Below, in pieces: positions 1-10,135 of a stretch of DNA of 64,000 bases. A model generated the notes under the pieces. That model ran no database searches. It saw only the letters and a program-made list of their open reading frames with translations, and had not been told where the DNA came from. Source of the stretch: Patescibacteria group bacterium (lineage in GTDB: Bacteria > Patescibacteriota > Patescibacteriia > Patescibacteriales > UBA12465); NCBI GenBank assembly GCA_041649315.1, contig JBAZNJ010000001.1, forward strand, positions 133,869-197,868, read 5' to 3'. The translations under genes and the position numbers were made by a program. The first letter of the stretch is position 1. Each line of letters begins with the position of its first letter.

Positions 1-204
1 GAGACCATCACCGAAGAAAAAAACGGCGTTAAAATAATTTTAAACGGCAACCTGGAAGTTCTCAGTATAAATCTCAACGAAACTTTACCGAAAAATTCTC
101 AGGAAGAAGCCATAAAAAATTGTTTTAACAGCGCGATTAAAAGCGCCCAAAAAATCATGGCCAAAAAAATGCAGGACATGGGCGGCTTCCCGGGGATGAA
201 TTAA
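1..204 (+). CDS. YbaB/EbfC-family nucleoid-associated protein, C-terminal part (5' end outside window)
   Basis: Frame 1 is open from the window edge: ETITEEKNGVKIILNGNLEVLSINLNE...AKKMQDMGGFPGMN, TAA at 202-204. YbaB-like tail, and the conserved ybaB-recR gene order. Confidence 0.7.
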   Translation, partial: ETITEEKNGVKIILNGNLEVLSINLNETLPKNSQEEAIKNCFNSAIKSAQKIMAKKMQDMGGFPGMN

Positions 205-328
205 AAAATATCCTTTTGGAACCTATCTGCTTACGGAATATTTTGTGCCCGGACAAATAATCTTTTAAACCCTATCCCCGTATAAATCCTGTCCCTATCT
301 CGAGTCGCTTAAATAACCAGCTAATTTA

Positions 329-925
329 ATGAAATACCCTCCGGCTATCCAAGACCTAATCAATAAGCTATCTGAACTCCCAAGCGTCGGACCAAAAACG
401 GCCGAACGCTACGTTTTTTATTTATTGCGGCAGAACAAGGAGAAATTAAAGGACTTAAGCGAAGCGATTAGCGTCTTAAAAGAAAAGACCACGATTTGCC
501 GCTCCTGCCAGGCAATCGCGGCCAGCGATCCTTGCCAAATCTGTGCCGACCGGAATCGCCGAGCCGGAATTCTATGCGTCGTAGAAAACACCCAGGATCT
601 GGCGGCGATTGAGGCAACAAAACAGTTTGGCGGCCACTATTTCGTGCTTGGCGGTCTGATAAATACGATCAATGAAATCCAACCGGCTGATTTGAATATT
701 GATAAATTAATAAAAAAGATAAAAACGGAAAAAATCCAGGAAATTATCTTGGCTTTAAATTTTACTCTGGAAGGCGAAACCACGGCGTTATATCTAAACA
801 AACTTTTAAAAAATCATTTGAAAATAAGCCGTTTAGCTAAAGGTCTGCCGGCCGGATCGGATCTTGAATACGCTGACGAACTAACTTTAAGTAGTGCGCT
901 TAAAAATCGCGGCGAGATGAAGTAG
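329..925 (+). CDS. recR: Recombination protein RecR
   Basis: 198-aa ORF. Helix-hairpin-helix start LPSVGPKTAERYVFYLL, C4 zinc motif CRSCQ...CQIC, Toprim-like C-terminal half. Follows ybaB. Confidence 0.95.
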   Translation: MKYPPAIQDLINKLSELPSVGPKTAERYVFYLLRQNKEKLKDLSEAISVLKEKTTICRSCQAIAASDPCQICADRNRRAGILCVVENTQDLAAIEATKQFGGHYFVLGGLINTINEIQPADLNIDKLIKKIKTEKIQEIILALNFTLEGETTALYLNKLLKNHLKISRLAKGLPAGSDLEYADELTLSSALKNRGEMK

Positions 926-943
926 AAATAATTCTTGACAAAA

Positions 944-970
944 GCCCATCCCCGAAGAGGATGGACTTTT
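944..970. terminator. Bidirectional intrinsic terminator between recR and rplU
   Basis: Stem CCATCC (946-951) / GGATGG (959-964) with a 7-nt loop. A-run upstream and T-run 967-970, between convergent genes. Confidence 0.55.
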
Positions 971-999
971 AAAATTCGTTATTCTAAATTTCTAAAAAC

Positions 1000-1308
1000 T
1001 TAACCGATCTTAGCGATCTTTAAAGCGGTAAATGGTTGGCGATGGCCGAGCGTCCGCTTATAACGAGTCTTATTCTTATATTTTACCACTGTTACCTTAT
1101 CGCCCTTAGCAGTTTCTAAAACTTCCGCCTCAACTTTTTCGCCTAAAGACGGACGGCCCAATTCCAATTTATCGCCCTCGGCGATTAATAAAGTTTCTAA
1201 TTTGATTTTCTTGCCTTTTTCCGCGGCTAATTTCTCAACCTTGACGGTCTCGCCCTCTTTAACCTTATATTGTTTGCCGCCGGTTTTAATCACTGCAATC
1301 TTTCCCAT
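1000..1308 (-). CDS. rplU: 50S ribosomal protein L21
   Basis: 102-aa ORF MGKIAVIKTGGKQYKVKEGETVKVEKL... with typical L21 N-terminus and size. Confidence 0.95.
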   Translation of the reverse strand: MGKIAVIKTGGKQYKVKEGETVKVEKLAAEKGKKIKLETLLIAEGDKLELGRPSLGEKVEAEVLETAKGDKVTVVKYKNKTRYKRTLGHRQPFTALKIAKIG

Positions 1309-1425
1309 AAAATTTAAAAATTATCGATTTTTTCTTAACATTACTCCATAATAGCAGATATTTGAAAAATGTCAACAAATGAGCTATAGTTATCTCATAA
1401 ATAAACATAAAATCGCTTTACAAAT

Positions 1426-2685
1426 ATGGCAAAATTCATTATTAACGGCGGCCGCAAACTTAGCGGCGAAATTACGGTGAGTGGCGCAAAAAATAACGCC
1501 CAAATAATGCTCCCAGTCGCTTTATTATCAAACGAAACAATTACTTTACACCGGGTACCGCTTATTGACGGAGTGCAAAAATCTTTAGAGCTATTGCAAA
1601 ATTTAGGCGCGGAAATTACAAATGACGCCGGGGAAATAAAGATAAATACATCCGCGGTAAAAAAAATTGAATTGGATCCGCAAATCGCGGATAAATTCCG
1701 GACCTCAATTATGTTCGTCGGCCCGCTTTTAGCTCGTTTAGGCGAAGTTAAATTCCCCCATCCCGGCGGTTGCGTTATCGGCGCTGGCGGGCGGCCGATT
1801 GATCTCTTTTTGGAAGGATTTAAAGCCATGGGGGCTTCTGTGGAAATTGATGAAAAATATTATCACTTAAAAAGCCGGCGGCTCCATGGCTGCGACTTTT
1901 TCTTCACTACGACCTCGGTTACCGGGACGCAAAGCTTAATGATAAGCGCCTGCCTGGCTGCTGGTCAAACTACTCTGCGTAACTGCGCCATGGAACCGGA
2001 AATCACCGCTTTAGCTGATTATTTAAATTCCCAGGGAGCAAAAATAAGCGGTGCCGGCACGCCGACAATAATAATTGAAGGCGTGGCCAAATTAAGCGCC
2101 GGAACTTTTGAAATTATTCCCGACCGCATGGAAACCGGTTCTTTCGCTTTAATGGCGGCCGCGACTAATTCGGAGATAAAAATTACTAATTGCAACCCGA
2201 ATCATATTTTAAGCTTGTTGGCCATCTTTGATAAGATCGGCGTTAACTACGAAAAAGGCGAAGATTATTTACTCATGAAAAAATCAGATAACATCCGGCC
2301 TTATAATCTAAGGACCCATGAATACCCCGGTTTCCCGACCGACCTACAATCGCCTTACGTCGTTCTAATGACTCAAGCGCAGGGGCAATCCTTAATCCAA
2401 GAAACGATTTATGATCGCCGCCTAATTTGGACCGATATGCTCTCGCAGATGGGCGCCAATATCATTATGTGCGATCCGCATCGCGTCGTTATCAGCGGCC
2501 CGACTAAATTATATGGGAAAAAACTAATTAGTCCGGATATCCGCGCCGGCATCGCGTTGATTATCGCCGCTCTAATCGCTGAGGGGCAAACAGAAATAGA
2601 TAATATCTATCAAATCGATCGCGGCTATGAAAAATTAGACGAACGTTTGCGCTCCTTGGGCGCCGATATCAGCCGGACAGATTAA
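1426..2685 (+). CDS. murA: UDP-N-acetylglucosamine 1-carboxyvinyltransferase
   Basis: 419-aa ORF. FIINGGRKLSGEITVSGAKNNA start and active-site Cys loop PHPGGCVIGAGGRPIDL. Confidence 0.95.
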   Translation: MAKFIINGGRKLSGEITVSGAKNNAQIMLPVALLSNETITLHRVPLIDGVQKSLELLQNLGAEITNDAGEIKINTSAVKKIELDPQIADKFRTSIMFVGPLLARLGEVKFPHPGGCVIGAGGRPIDLFLEGFKAMGASVEIDEKYYHLKSRRLHGCDFFFTTTSVTGTQSLMISACLAAGQTTLRNCAMEPEITALADYLNSQGAKISGAGTPTIIIEGVAKLSAGTFEIIPDRMETGSFALMAAATNSEIKITNCNPNHILSLLAIFDKIGVNYEKGEDYLLMKKSDNIRPYNLRTHEYPGFPTDLQSPYVVLMTQAQGQSLIQETIYDRRLIWTDMLSQMGANIIMCDPHRVVISGPTKLYGKKLISPDIRAGIALIIAALIAEGQTEIDNIYQIDRGYEKLDERLRSLGADISRTD

Positions 2686-2732
2686 ATATTATCATTCGAA
2701 ACTGATAAAACCAGGCCGCGCGCCTCTATCCT

Positions 2733-4067
2733 ATGTCCAAAAAAACCCGTGATTTAATCTTCATATTCTTCATTATTTTTTTCGTGCTCGGCACGATTTT
2801 TACGTCGCTTTACGCTTCCGGTTATAAATTCAATTTAAGCTGGCCTTTGAAATTTAACCGCCTCCTGATAAAAACCGGAATGATTAATCTTGATACCAAT
2901 CCGCGCGGCGCGATTATCTATCTTAATGGCGAAACTAAAAACGCCTCGCCGATAATATCTTTTAAAAAAACTGAACTGACTACGCCGGCTAAAATTCGTA
3001 ATGTCCTGCCGGGTGAATACAATCTAGTATTGAGGCGTGAGGGCTATCAGCCGTTTGAGAAAAAAATAAGCGTCCATTCCGGCCAAACGACTTTTTTGGA
3101 AGACGTTAATCTTTTCCGCGATGAACTGCCGTTATTTATCGCCGCCGCTCCGGATGGTGATTTAAAAATAAGCGCCGAACGAAATTATCTATATCTGCCG
3201 GCCAGCGGCCAAATCATAAACCTCAAAACCGGACGCGCGGTCGAGTTGGAAAATGAAAAGCTGACGGGGCCGGGCGAATGGCTGCTTGAAGATGAAAAAT
3301 TATTAAACGACGGGCGCTTGTTTGACTTAGAAAAAAATAGTGTAGCCGATTACGCCGCCCTCATCGGAGCTGAAGCTGATAAATGGTATTATGACGAAAA
3401 TAACGACCGCCTTTATTACCGCTTTAAAAATTCTTTGGCCTATCTGAACCTCGGCCAAAAAACCGTCATGACTATCGTTTCCGGAGAAAAATATTCAAGC
3501 TACGAACCGCGGAATAACGAAATATTTTTTGTAGCTCTTAATGCCACCGGCCGGACGAAAATAAAAAAATATTCCCTTACAGACGGAAAAATCATACAGG
3601 AAGCGGAGCTCCCGGGCGTGGCTGACTACCGCTTTATCCGCGATCAACAAAAATCCCTGACACTTTACGACGGACAAAATAAAACTTTATATTTAATAAA
3701 TCCAGATAATCTCAGCGATATTAAAACGATTAAAAACGCCGCTTCGTGGGCCTGGATAGATGATAAAAATCTATTCTATAATAATAGCTGGGAAATCCAT
3801 TCTTTTAATCTTGAAAAAAATTCCTCCTCGCTTGTCACTCGGGTCGGTGAAGAAATAAACCAAATTATCTGGAATAAAAATAAAGATTATTTAATATTCT
3901 CCAGCAACTGGAGCTTGAACGCTCTGGATTTAAAAAATAATATCGCGACTACAATTTTTCGGACCGGAAAAATTACCTCTCCGGTACTTGATGGAAAAAA
4001 TAATATTCTATATTTTTGGGCGCACGTCGGCCAACAAGAAGGAATTTATAAATTAATACTGCAATAG
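2733..4067 (+). CDS. Membrane-anchored PEGA-domain protein with long beta-rich ectodomain
   Basis: 444-aa ORF. N-terminal TM helix LIFIFFIIFFVLGTIFTSLYA. PEGA-like segment PRGAIIYLNGE...LPGEYNLVLRREGYQPFEKKISVHSGQTTFL. Confidence 0.7.
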   Translation: MSKKTRDLIFIFFIIFFVLGTIFTSLYASGYKFNLSWPLKFNRLLIKTGMINLDTNPRGAIIYLNGETKNASPIISFKKTELTTPAKIRNVLPGEYNLVLRREGYQPFEKKISVHSGQTTFLEDVNLFRDELPLFIAAAPDGDLKISAERNYLYLPASGQIINLKTGRAVELENEKLTGPGEWLLEDEKLLNDGRLFDLEKNSVADYAALIGAEADKWYYDENNDRLYYRFKNSLAYLNLGQKTVMTIVSGEKYSSYEPRNNEIFFVALNATGRTKIKKYSLTDGKIIQEAELPGVADYRFIRDQQKSLTLYDGQNKTLYLINPDNLSDIKTIKNAASWAWIDDKNLFYNNSWEIHSFNLEKNSSSLVTRVGEEINQIIWNKNKDYLIFSSNWSLNALDLKNNIATTIFRTGKITSPVLDGKNNILYFWAHVGQQEGIYKLILQ

Positions 4068-4103
4068 AAATTGAAAAAATAAGCCTCAAGAAAATTGATA
4101 ATT

Positions 4104-4132
4104 AAAAAAGGGTCGCTGATGCGGCCCTTTTT
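4104..4132. terminator. Bidirectional intrinsic terminator (PEGA gene / galU)
   Basis: AAAAAA, then GGGTCGC (4110-4116), loop TGAT, GCGGCCC (4121-4127), then TTTTT. One G-U pair. Lies between convergent genes. Confidence 0.65.
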
Positions 4133-4155
4133 AATTTCTTCATCTTTCAAGCTCG

Positions 4156-5079
4156 CTACTTCCCTAACTCTTTTATCAACTTTTTCAAATCTTCGCCAAT
4201 CTCCTTATCTTTCAGGCCCAACTTCAAGGTCGCCTTAATAAAATTAAATTTATTCCCCGTGTCTAACCATTCACCCTCTATCTTCTTACCATAAAGTGGC
4301 TGACCTTGCTGTAATAATTCATCAAAGGCATCGGCTAGGCGAATCTCGCCGGACTTGCCGGAACGCATCCCGTTTAAAATATTAAAAACCGGCGGCGTGA
4401 TTACATATATTCCGACAGCTGCTAAATTAGACGGCGCCGCGCTGACCGTCGGCTTCTCTACGATCCTTTTTATTTCATAAGCGCCATCGCCCAAATCCAC
4501 GCCGTCAATCACTCCGAATTTATCAACTTCATTTTTATCCACGGCGGAAAGGCCGACGACCGGATCGCCATACTTTTCGTAAACATCCATTATCTGCTTA
4601 ACCGGCGAAATCGGCGCGTCATAAAGAGTGTCGCCGAACATTACCAATACCGGTTCGTCCTCGGCAATAAGATGCGCCGCACAACTGATTGCCTGGCCGT
4701 CGCCGAGTGGAATCGGCTGACGGACATAGGAAAAACGCGCCAAGTTTTCAATTTCCTTAACTTTTTTTACTAAATCTAATTTATTTTTCTCTACTAAGGT
4801 CTTTTCCAATTCAAAAGAATAATCAAAATGGTCCTCAATCGCCCGTTTGCCCCGGCCAGTGACGAAAATTATTTCTTCAATGCCAGCAGCTACCGCCTCT
4901 TCCACTAAATACTGGATTACCGGTTTATCAACGATCATCAGCATTTCTTTGGGCTGGGCCTTAGTCGCGGGCAAAAAACGCGTTCCAAAACCGGCGACCG
5001 GCAAAATTGCCTTTTTAATTTTCGGCCTAACGTTATTTTTTAATGTCTTGCTCTGTAACATATATTTTTTATTTATCAT
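4156..5079 (-). CDS. galU: UTP-glucose-1-phosphate uridylyltransferase
   Basis: 307-aa ORF with KAILPVAGFGTRFLPATKAQPKEMLMIVDKPVIQYLVEEA, the typical GalU nucleotidyltransferase signature. Confidence 0.9.
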   Translation of the reverse strand: MINKKYMLQSKTLKNNVRPKIKKAILPVAGFGTRFLPATKAQPKEMLMIVDKPVIQYLVEEAVAAGIEEIIFVTGRGKRAIEDHFDYSFELEKTLVEKNKLDLVKKVKEIENLARFSYVRQPIPLGDGQAISCAAHLIAEDEPVLVMFGDTLYDAPISPVKQIMDVYEKYGDPVVGLSAVDKNEVDKFGVIDGVDLGDGAYEIKRIVEKPTVSAAPSNLAAVGIYVITPPVFNILNGMRSGKSGEIRLADAFDELLQQGQPLYGKKIEGEWLDTGNKFNFIKATLKLGLKDKEIGEDLKKLIKELGK

Positions 5080-5086
5080 CTTAAAT

Positions 5087-5926
5087 TTATCTCTTGACTC
5101 CCGTTTGATTCTTGATTTTGACCTTAAAGCCCCATTTCATAAAATACTTCAGCCAGGAAGCGATATGCTGCCAAGCGAGATGGCTTAAAAATACCGCGAA
5201 ATACCAAGGATGATCAGCGCTCTGCCGTTTATGATCATGAATAACGACCGCATCCGGATTATAAACTACCGAAAAACCTTTAGCCCAGACCTGCCGGCAG
5301 AGATCAATATCTTCAAAATACATAAAATAACGCTCATCAAACAGGGGCTCGAATAAGTCGCCGGTCGATTGCATCAAACGTCGCCGGAACAACAAGCATG
5401 AACCCATAAGCCAATCAACCTCTCTAATCGAATTATGGTCAAAATCATTCATGGTAAAGCGATCGCGAATATTTTTAAAATAATCTCCTAAAAAGGTCCG
5501 CCGCAGAAAAGGCATCAGAAAGACCGGCCAACGGGCGCAAGAGGCCTGCAAAGACCCATCTGGATAAATTAATTTCGGACCGACAATTCCGACCGCCGGA
5601 TTATTTTTCAAATAATTTAATAGGGTATTAATCGCTCTGTCTTTTATTACCGTGTCCGGATTAAGGATTAAAATAAATTCGCCCCGGGAATTCTTGATAC
5701 CTAAATTATTCCCGCCACCCATGCCTGAATTTTTTGCGCTCTTTATCGGGCGTAAATTCGGATAACGCACCGGCAAATCCTCTAAATCATCGCCGGAATC
5801 ATTATCAACGACAATGATTTCATAATTTAAAAAACTAAGCCCGGCGCCGATAATGGACTCCAAACAATTTAACAGTTTAGCGCGGCTCTTATAGTTAACG
5901 ATGATAATTGATAATTCCATAGACAA
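5087..5926 (-). CDS. Family 2 glycosyltransferase (GT-A fold)
   Basis: 279-aa ORF. LSIIIVNYKS, VVDNDSGD, ILNPDT and FEDIDLC motifs. The first in-frame start is TTG at 5926; an ATG lies two codons in. Confidence 0.85.
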   Translation of the reverse strand: MSMELSIIIVNYKSRAKLLNCLESIIGAGLSFLNYEIIVVDNDSGDDLEDLPVRYPNLRPIKSAKNSGMGGGNNLGIKNSRGEFILILNPDTVIKDRAINTLLNYLKNNPAVGIVGPKLIYPDGSLQASCARWPVFLMPFLRRTFLGDYFKNIRDRFTMNDFDHNSIREVDWLMGSCLLFRRRLMQSTGDLFEPLFDERYFMYFEDIDLCRQVWAKGFSVVYNPDAVVIHDHKRQSADHPWYFAVFLSHLAWQHIASWLKYFMKWGFKVKIKNQTGVKR

Positions 5927-5927
5927 T

Positions 5928-6133
5928 AATCAAACAAATAAAGGCAGCTAGGCCGTTCGTCGGCAACACTCCTTCGCTTCGGTAATTTCTGTGGTAAAAT
6001 TTACCGCCTCTTCTCCGGCCACCCCCGCCAGCCGGCGGAGGCGACCGGCCGGCGATAAATTTTACTCTACGAAATTACAGGCGCTCAGGAGCATTGCCGC
6101 CCGAACGGCTTTAATTATAAATCAAACAAATAA
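5928..6133. mobile_element. MITE-like GC-rich palindromic insertion flanked by a perfect 14-bp direct repeat
   Basis: AATCAAACAAATAA occurs at 5928-5941 and 6120-6133. Between them, 5951-6110 is one long imperfect inverted repeat: left arm GCCGTTCGTCGGCAACACTCC...GGTAATTTCTGTGGTAAAATTTACCGCC, right arm GGCGATAAATTTTACTCTACGAAATTAC...GGAGCATTGCCGCCCGAACGGC. Clearly GC-richer than its flanks. Confidence 0.5.
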
Positions 6134-7189
6134 CCTTACTAAACGCCAATATATATTCATCAAGGGGTTGGCGATATACTTTAATATCGGATTGGAAATT
6201 TCCTGGAACATAATCCGTCCCTCAAAATCACGGGCAATTTCTTCAAACGGCACCGTACTAAAACTCTTTAGCCGCGCCCGCTCCTTAGCAATCATATCAT
6301 AAGTCCGGCGTTTAAAAAAATAACTATAAATCTTAATTTCTTCCTTAAACCAGCCGCCTAAAAGCGCATAAAATAACATTCCTAAATCTAAAAAAAAGAG
6401 CGGTAAAAAAATCCAAGCCAGAAAACGATAAGGGTAAAAAATAAGCAGAGTCAGATAGCGATTCCGTTCCATGTAATAAATCATCTTAGTACTGCGTTTG
6501 AATTCATATTTATGATAAACGACCGCCCGCGGCGCCAAAATAATCTTATAACCGGCTAATTTCACTTTTAAACTCAACTCTGAATCATCATGATACATGT
6601 AAAATTCTTCATTATAACCGCCAACTTGCTCAAAAACTTCTCGGCGGATAATAAAGGCACAACCGCTGGCATAACCCTTGATTTCCGGATAACCGAAAAT
6701 TTCTTTATCCGGCGCGCCATAATCGGACGTAAAACCAAAGCCGAGATAATGAATAATATTACCTAAACTATTTATTTTTGGTCGGGATTTTCCTGTCTCA
6801 TCTTTCGGATATAAAAGAATTTTCGCCTGAGCGATTCCGGCGGACGGATTATTATCTAAAGCTTTTACTAATTCTTTTAACCATTGCGACGCCAATTCCG
6901 TGTCCATATTAAGCGTCACCAAATATTCACAGCCGTCTTTAATCACTTCTTTAAAACCAAGGTTATTAGCGGCGGCATAATTTCCGTCCGGCCGCGGCAA
7001 AACCGTCGCTTCCGGATAACTATTTTTTAAATAAGTAAGCGATTCCGGCGTCGAAGCGTTATCAATAATATAAATCCGTGTTTGCTCGACCGGATAATCC
7101 TGAGCGCGCAAAGAATCGCGGCAAGGCGCTAAAAAACGCTCAGCATAATCTTTATAATTAACTAAAATTATTCCGACTTTTTTTATCAT
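6122..7189 (-). CDS. Family 2 glycosyltransferase with C-terminal TM helices
   Basis: 355-aa ORF. VGIILVNYKDY, IIDNAST, TLNMDTE and YHDDSELSLK motifs. Hydrophobic segments FLAWIFLPLFFLDLGMLFYALLGGWF. Confidence 0.85.
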   Translation of the reverse strand: MIKKVGIILVNYKDYAERFLAPCRDSLRAQDYPVEQTRIYIIDNASTPESLTYLKNSYPEATVLPRPDGNYAAANNLGFKEVIKDGCEYLVTLNMDTELASQWLKELVKALDNNPSAGIAQAKILLYPKDETGKSRPKINSLGNIIHYLGFGFTSDYGAPDKEIFGYPEIKGYASGCAFIIRREVFEQVGGYNEEFYMYHDDSELSLKVKLAGYKIILAPRAVVYHKYEFKRSTKMIYYMERNRYLTLLIFYPYRFLAWIFLPLFFLDLGMLFYALLGGWFKEEIKIYSYFFKRRTYDMIAKERARLKSFSTVPFEEIARDFEGRIMFQEISNPILKYIANPLMNIYWRLVRLFV

Positions 7190-7208
7190 AAAAACAAAAA
7201 AATATTTT

Positions 7209-8042
7209 TTATACCAAAATCCTAATAATCCCCCAAACTATTTTTAAAATAAAATATTCCCACTTCTTCCCCCATTTCTGAAAATATTTTAACATTGATT
7301 CTCTAAAATATTTTTGGGTCTGACCGCGTTTAACCTGGTTAAAACTCGCGCCAACGTAATCAAGACACTCAGCCGCCGGCGTATACCAGACCTCGCCGCC
7401 TAATTCATATACCTGACGGCAAAAATCAACTTCTTCAAACCAAATAAAATATCTTTCATCGAGCAACGGCTGCTCCGAGCCGCTAATTTTTTTATAATTC
7501 TCGCGATTGATTAAAAAAAACGCGCCGCGGATAGAATCAACCTTGGCCGCCTTAGAATAATCAAAATCCGCCATTAAATATTTATTAACCGCGGACGGGA
7601 TCAAATGCGGCACTTTTAAAGTAATTAATAGCTGATTCAAAAATTTAGGGAAACGGCGGGCCTGTCTGACAGTTTTGCCTTTTTCATTGACTAAGCGACA
7701 TCCGGTAACCGTGGCCGCCGGATTTTCCTTGGCCCAATTTAAAATATTTCCCAAAGTATCCGGTCGCACACGCATATCCGGATTAAGGAGAAGGATAAAT
7801 TCCCCGGTGGCCTGCCTGATTGCTTGATTATTCGCCTTGGCAAAACCGAAATTATCTTCATTCGCTATTAGACGAACCGTCGGAAATTCATCACGCACCA
7901 TCGCTACGCTTCCATCGGCCGAAGCATTATCAACCACAAAAACTTCAAATTTAAAATCACCCGACGAAGCGAATAAGGCCCGTAGATTTTCTCTTAATTT
8001 ATCTTTGACATTCCAAGAAACGATGATTATCGATAGATCCAT
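7209..8042 (-). CDS. Family 2 glycosyltransferase
   Basis: 277-aa ORF. LSIIIVSWNVKD, VVDNASADGS, LLLNPDMRV and FEEVDFC motifs. Confidence 0.85.
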   Translation of the reverse strand: MDLSIIIVSWNVKDKLRENLRALFASSGDFKFEVFVVDNASADGSVAMVRDEFPTVRLIANEDNFGFAKANNQAIRQATGEFILLLNPDMRVRPDTLGNILNWAKENPAATVTGCRLVNEKGKTVRQARRFPKFLNQLLITLKVPHLIPSAVNKYLMADFDYSKAAKVDSIRGAFFLINRENYKKISGSEQPLLDERYFIWFEEVDFCRQVYELGGEVWYTPAAECLDYVGASFNQVKRGQTQKYFRESMLKYFQKWGKKWEYFILKIVWGIIRILV

Positions 8043-8169
8043 AATACAAATGTTATACCAATGCCGGCGAACGATAGTTTATATGGCCTTCTAAAAAATA
8101 AGCGATGTGCTTTTGGCGCCGCCAAACTCACTCGGATAAAATTACATCAATCAGCTAGCCTTATCGCAC

Positions 8170-8436
8170 CTATCGACTGATCTTAACTAATTTTATCCGA
8201 GCGCCGGCACCGCTAGCAACTTTTATTTGATATTTCCTGACTCCCATCTGCTCCGCCAAAAAATCAATCAACTCTTTATTAGCCTTGCCTTTCTCCGGCG
8301 GGGCGGCAACCGCAATTTTAAGCGTCCCGTCGGCCATTTTATCTAAAAAAGCCGTTTCACCGGCACCGGGCAAAACCTTAATTCGTAAATATATTTCTTT
8401 ATTATTAGCTAATTTTTCAATATATTTAGTCAACAT
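8170..8436 (-). CDS. DUF167 (YggU-like) small protein
   Basis: 88-aa ORF. LRIKVLPGAGETAF...LKIAVAAPPEKGKANKELIDFLAEQMGV...IKVASGAGARIKLVKI matches my recollection of the YggU family pattern. Confidence 0.75.
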   Translation of the reverse strand: MLTKYIEKLANNKEIYLRIKVLPGAGETAFLDKMADGTLKIAVAAPPEKGKANKELIDFLAEQMGVRKYQIKVASGAGARIKLVKISR

Positions 8437-8631
8437 AATAATGTTTTAAGAAGCAAGCCGTTAATCCGGCTCTGCTTATAGTTTAGCTCTTTTCCCCCTT
8501 TTTTACCAGCCCAAACAAGACATAAAATATCATCTGTCAAGATTTCTTTTATTATAAAAATGAGTTAAAATATAGATAATAAATCTTTAAACTCCGGTCG
8601 CCTAAACCGACCGGTTTAATTACCGTAAAAT

Positions 8632-9159
8632 ATGAAAAAAAATAATGATTCTTCAACGGTAGACGATAAAAAAAACGAAGTTTACCGCCGTCCTTCCTGG
8701 GATGAATACTTTTTAAAGATCGTGGAAATGGTTGGCAGTCGCGGCTCCTGTGATCGGGGCCGAGCCGGTTGTGTCGTAACTCGTAATAACCGGATAATCG
8801 CTACCGGCTATGCCGGATCACCAGTCGGCCTGCCACACTGCGATGAAGTCGGCCATGAGATGCACACCGTCGTCAACGAAGACGGGACGACTTCCCGCCA
8901 TTGTATCCGAACAACGCATGCCGAACAGAACGCAATCTGCGAAGCGGCCCGCATGGGTATTGCTATGGATGGCGCGACAATATATGTAAAAATGACTCCT
9001 TGCTATACTTGCGCAAAAATGATTATTAACGCTGGCATCAAACGCGTGGTCTGCGCCCAGGACTATCACGCCGGACAGAGAAGCAAGGAAATTTTCCAAC
9101 AAGCCGGTATCGCTTATGTTTTGGCGAGTAATGAAATGACTAAATACGAGGATCAATAA
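8632..9159 (+). CDS. dCMP deaminase (ComEB-type)
   Basis: 175-aa ORF with the cytidine/dCMP deaminase zinc motifs HAEQNAI and PCYTCAKMIINAGIKRVV. Confidence 0.9.
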   Translation: MKKNNDSSTVDDKKNEVYRRPSWDEYFLKIVEMVGSRGSCDRGRAGCVVTRNNRIIATGYAGSPVGLPHCDEVGHEMHTVVNEDGTTSRHCIRTTHAEQNAICEAARMGIAMDGATIYVKMTPCYTCAKMIINAGIKRVVCAQDYHAGQRSKEIFQQAGIAYVLASNEMTKYEDQ

Positions 9160-9247
9160 ACGAAACAGAAACCAATAAACATAATTTGAACTCTTTAAAT
9201 TAAAAATAAACTTCTTCATCGGCTAATAAATTTAATAATCAAATTTT

Positions 9248-10063
9248 ATGAAACAATATTTAGATTTATTACGTGATGTCCTGGAAAACGGCCAAGGGAA
9301 AGACGACCGGACCGGCACGGGCACGATCAGCGTCTTCGGCCGACAAGCGCGCTACGACCTAAGCGCCGGTTTCCCTTTGGTCACAACGAAAAAAGTCCAT
9401 TTAAAATCAATCATCTATGAATTGCTCTGGTTCCTAAAAGGCGACACTAATATAAAATATCTAAACGATAACGGCGTGACGATCTGGAACGAATGGGCGG
9501 ATGAAAACGGCAATCTCGGACCGATTTACGGAAAGCAGTGGACCGCCTGGGAAGCGCCGAATGGCGAAAAAATAAACCAAATCGCCGAAGCCGTGGAGAT
9601 GATTAAAAATAATCCCTCTTCTCGACGAATTATCGTTAGTGGGTGGAATGTCGGGGATTTGCGGGCTTTAATCGGCGGTAAAAAAACCGCCCCGCCGCCT
9701 TGTCATACGATATTCCAATTCTACGTTTCCCATGATGATAAATTATCCTGCCAACTATACCAACGCAGTGCTGATATCTTTTTAGGCGTTCCTTTTAATA
9801 TCGCTTCTTACGCCTTGTTAACAATGATGATGGCTCAAGTTTGCGGAAAGAAACTCGGCGAATTCGTCCATACTTTCGGCGACTTACATATTTATAATAA
9901 CCATTTAGACCAGGTTAAATTACAGTTAAGCCGCGAACCGCGGTCCTTGCCGAAAATGACTATCAATCCGGATGTAAAAGATATCTTTGCTTTCAAGTAC
10001 GAAGATTTTACTTTAGAGGATTATGATCCTTATCCCGGCATTAAAGCGCCGATTGCGATTTAA
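9248..10063 (+). CDS. thyA: Thymidylate synthase (ThyA type)
   Basis: 271-aa [27 protein letters not shown], catalytic [19 protein letters not shown]. Confidence 0.97.
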   Translation: MKQYLDLLRDVLENGQGKDDRTGTGTISVFGRQARYDLSAGFPLVTTKKVHLKSIIYELLWFLKGDTNIKYLNDNGVTIWNEWADENGNLGPIYGKQWTAWEAPNGEKINQIAEAVEMIKNNPSSRRIIVSGWNVGDLRALIGGKKTAPPPCHTIFQFYVSHDDKLSCQLYQRSADIFLGVPFNIASYALLTMMMAQVCGKKLGEFVHTFGDLHIYNNHLDQVKLQLSREPRSLPKMTINPDVKDIFAFKYEDFTLEDYDPYPGIKAPIAI

Positions 10064-10135
10064 GATTTATAAATACTAATGGATAATTAAAAATCCGGCT
10101 TCACGGCCTAAAGTCGTGAAATCGTTTACATAAAT

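Noticed and set aside
1395-1829. 144-aa minus-strand ORF antisense to murA. Similar shadow ORFs include 13427-13738, 13802-14050, 16843-17265, 26070-26594, 26757-27152, 34426-34743, 36067-36333, 45326-45766, 50860-51128 and 56421-56972.
   Set aside because: All lie entirely inside well-supported conserved genes on the opposite strand and have low-complexity, Ser/Arg/Pro-rich translations typical of antisense frames.
5991-6302. 103-aa plus-strand ORF (MVKFTASSPATPASRRRRPAGD...).
   Set aside because: It runs through the GC-rich palindromic insertion and then antisense into the GT2 gene. The Arg/Pro/Ala-rich translation is what a GC hairpin gives in any frame.
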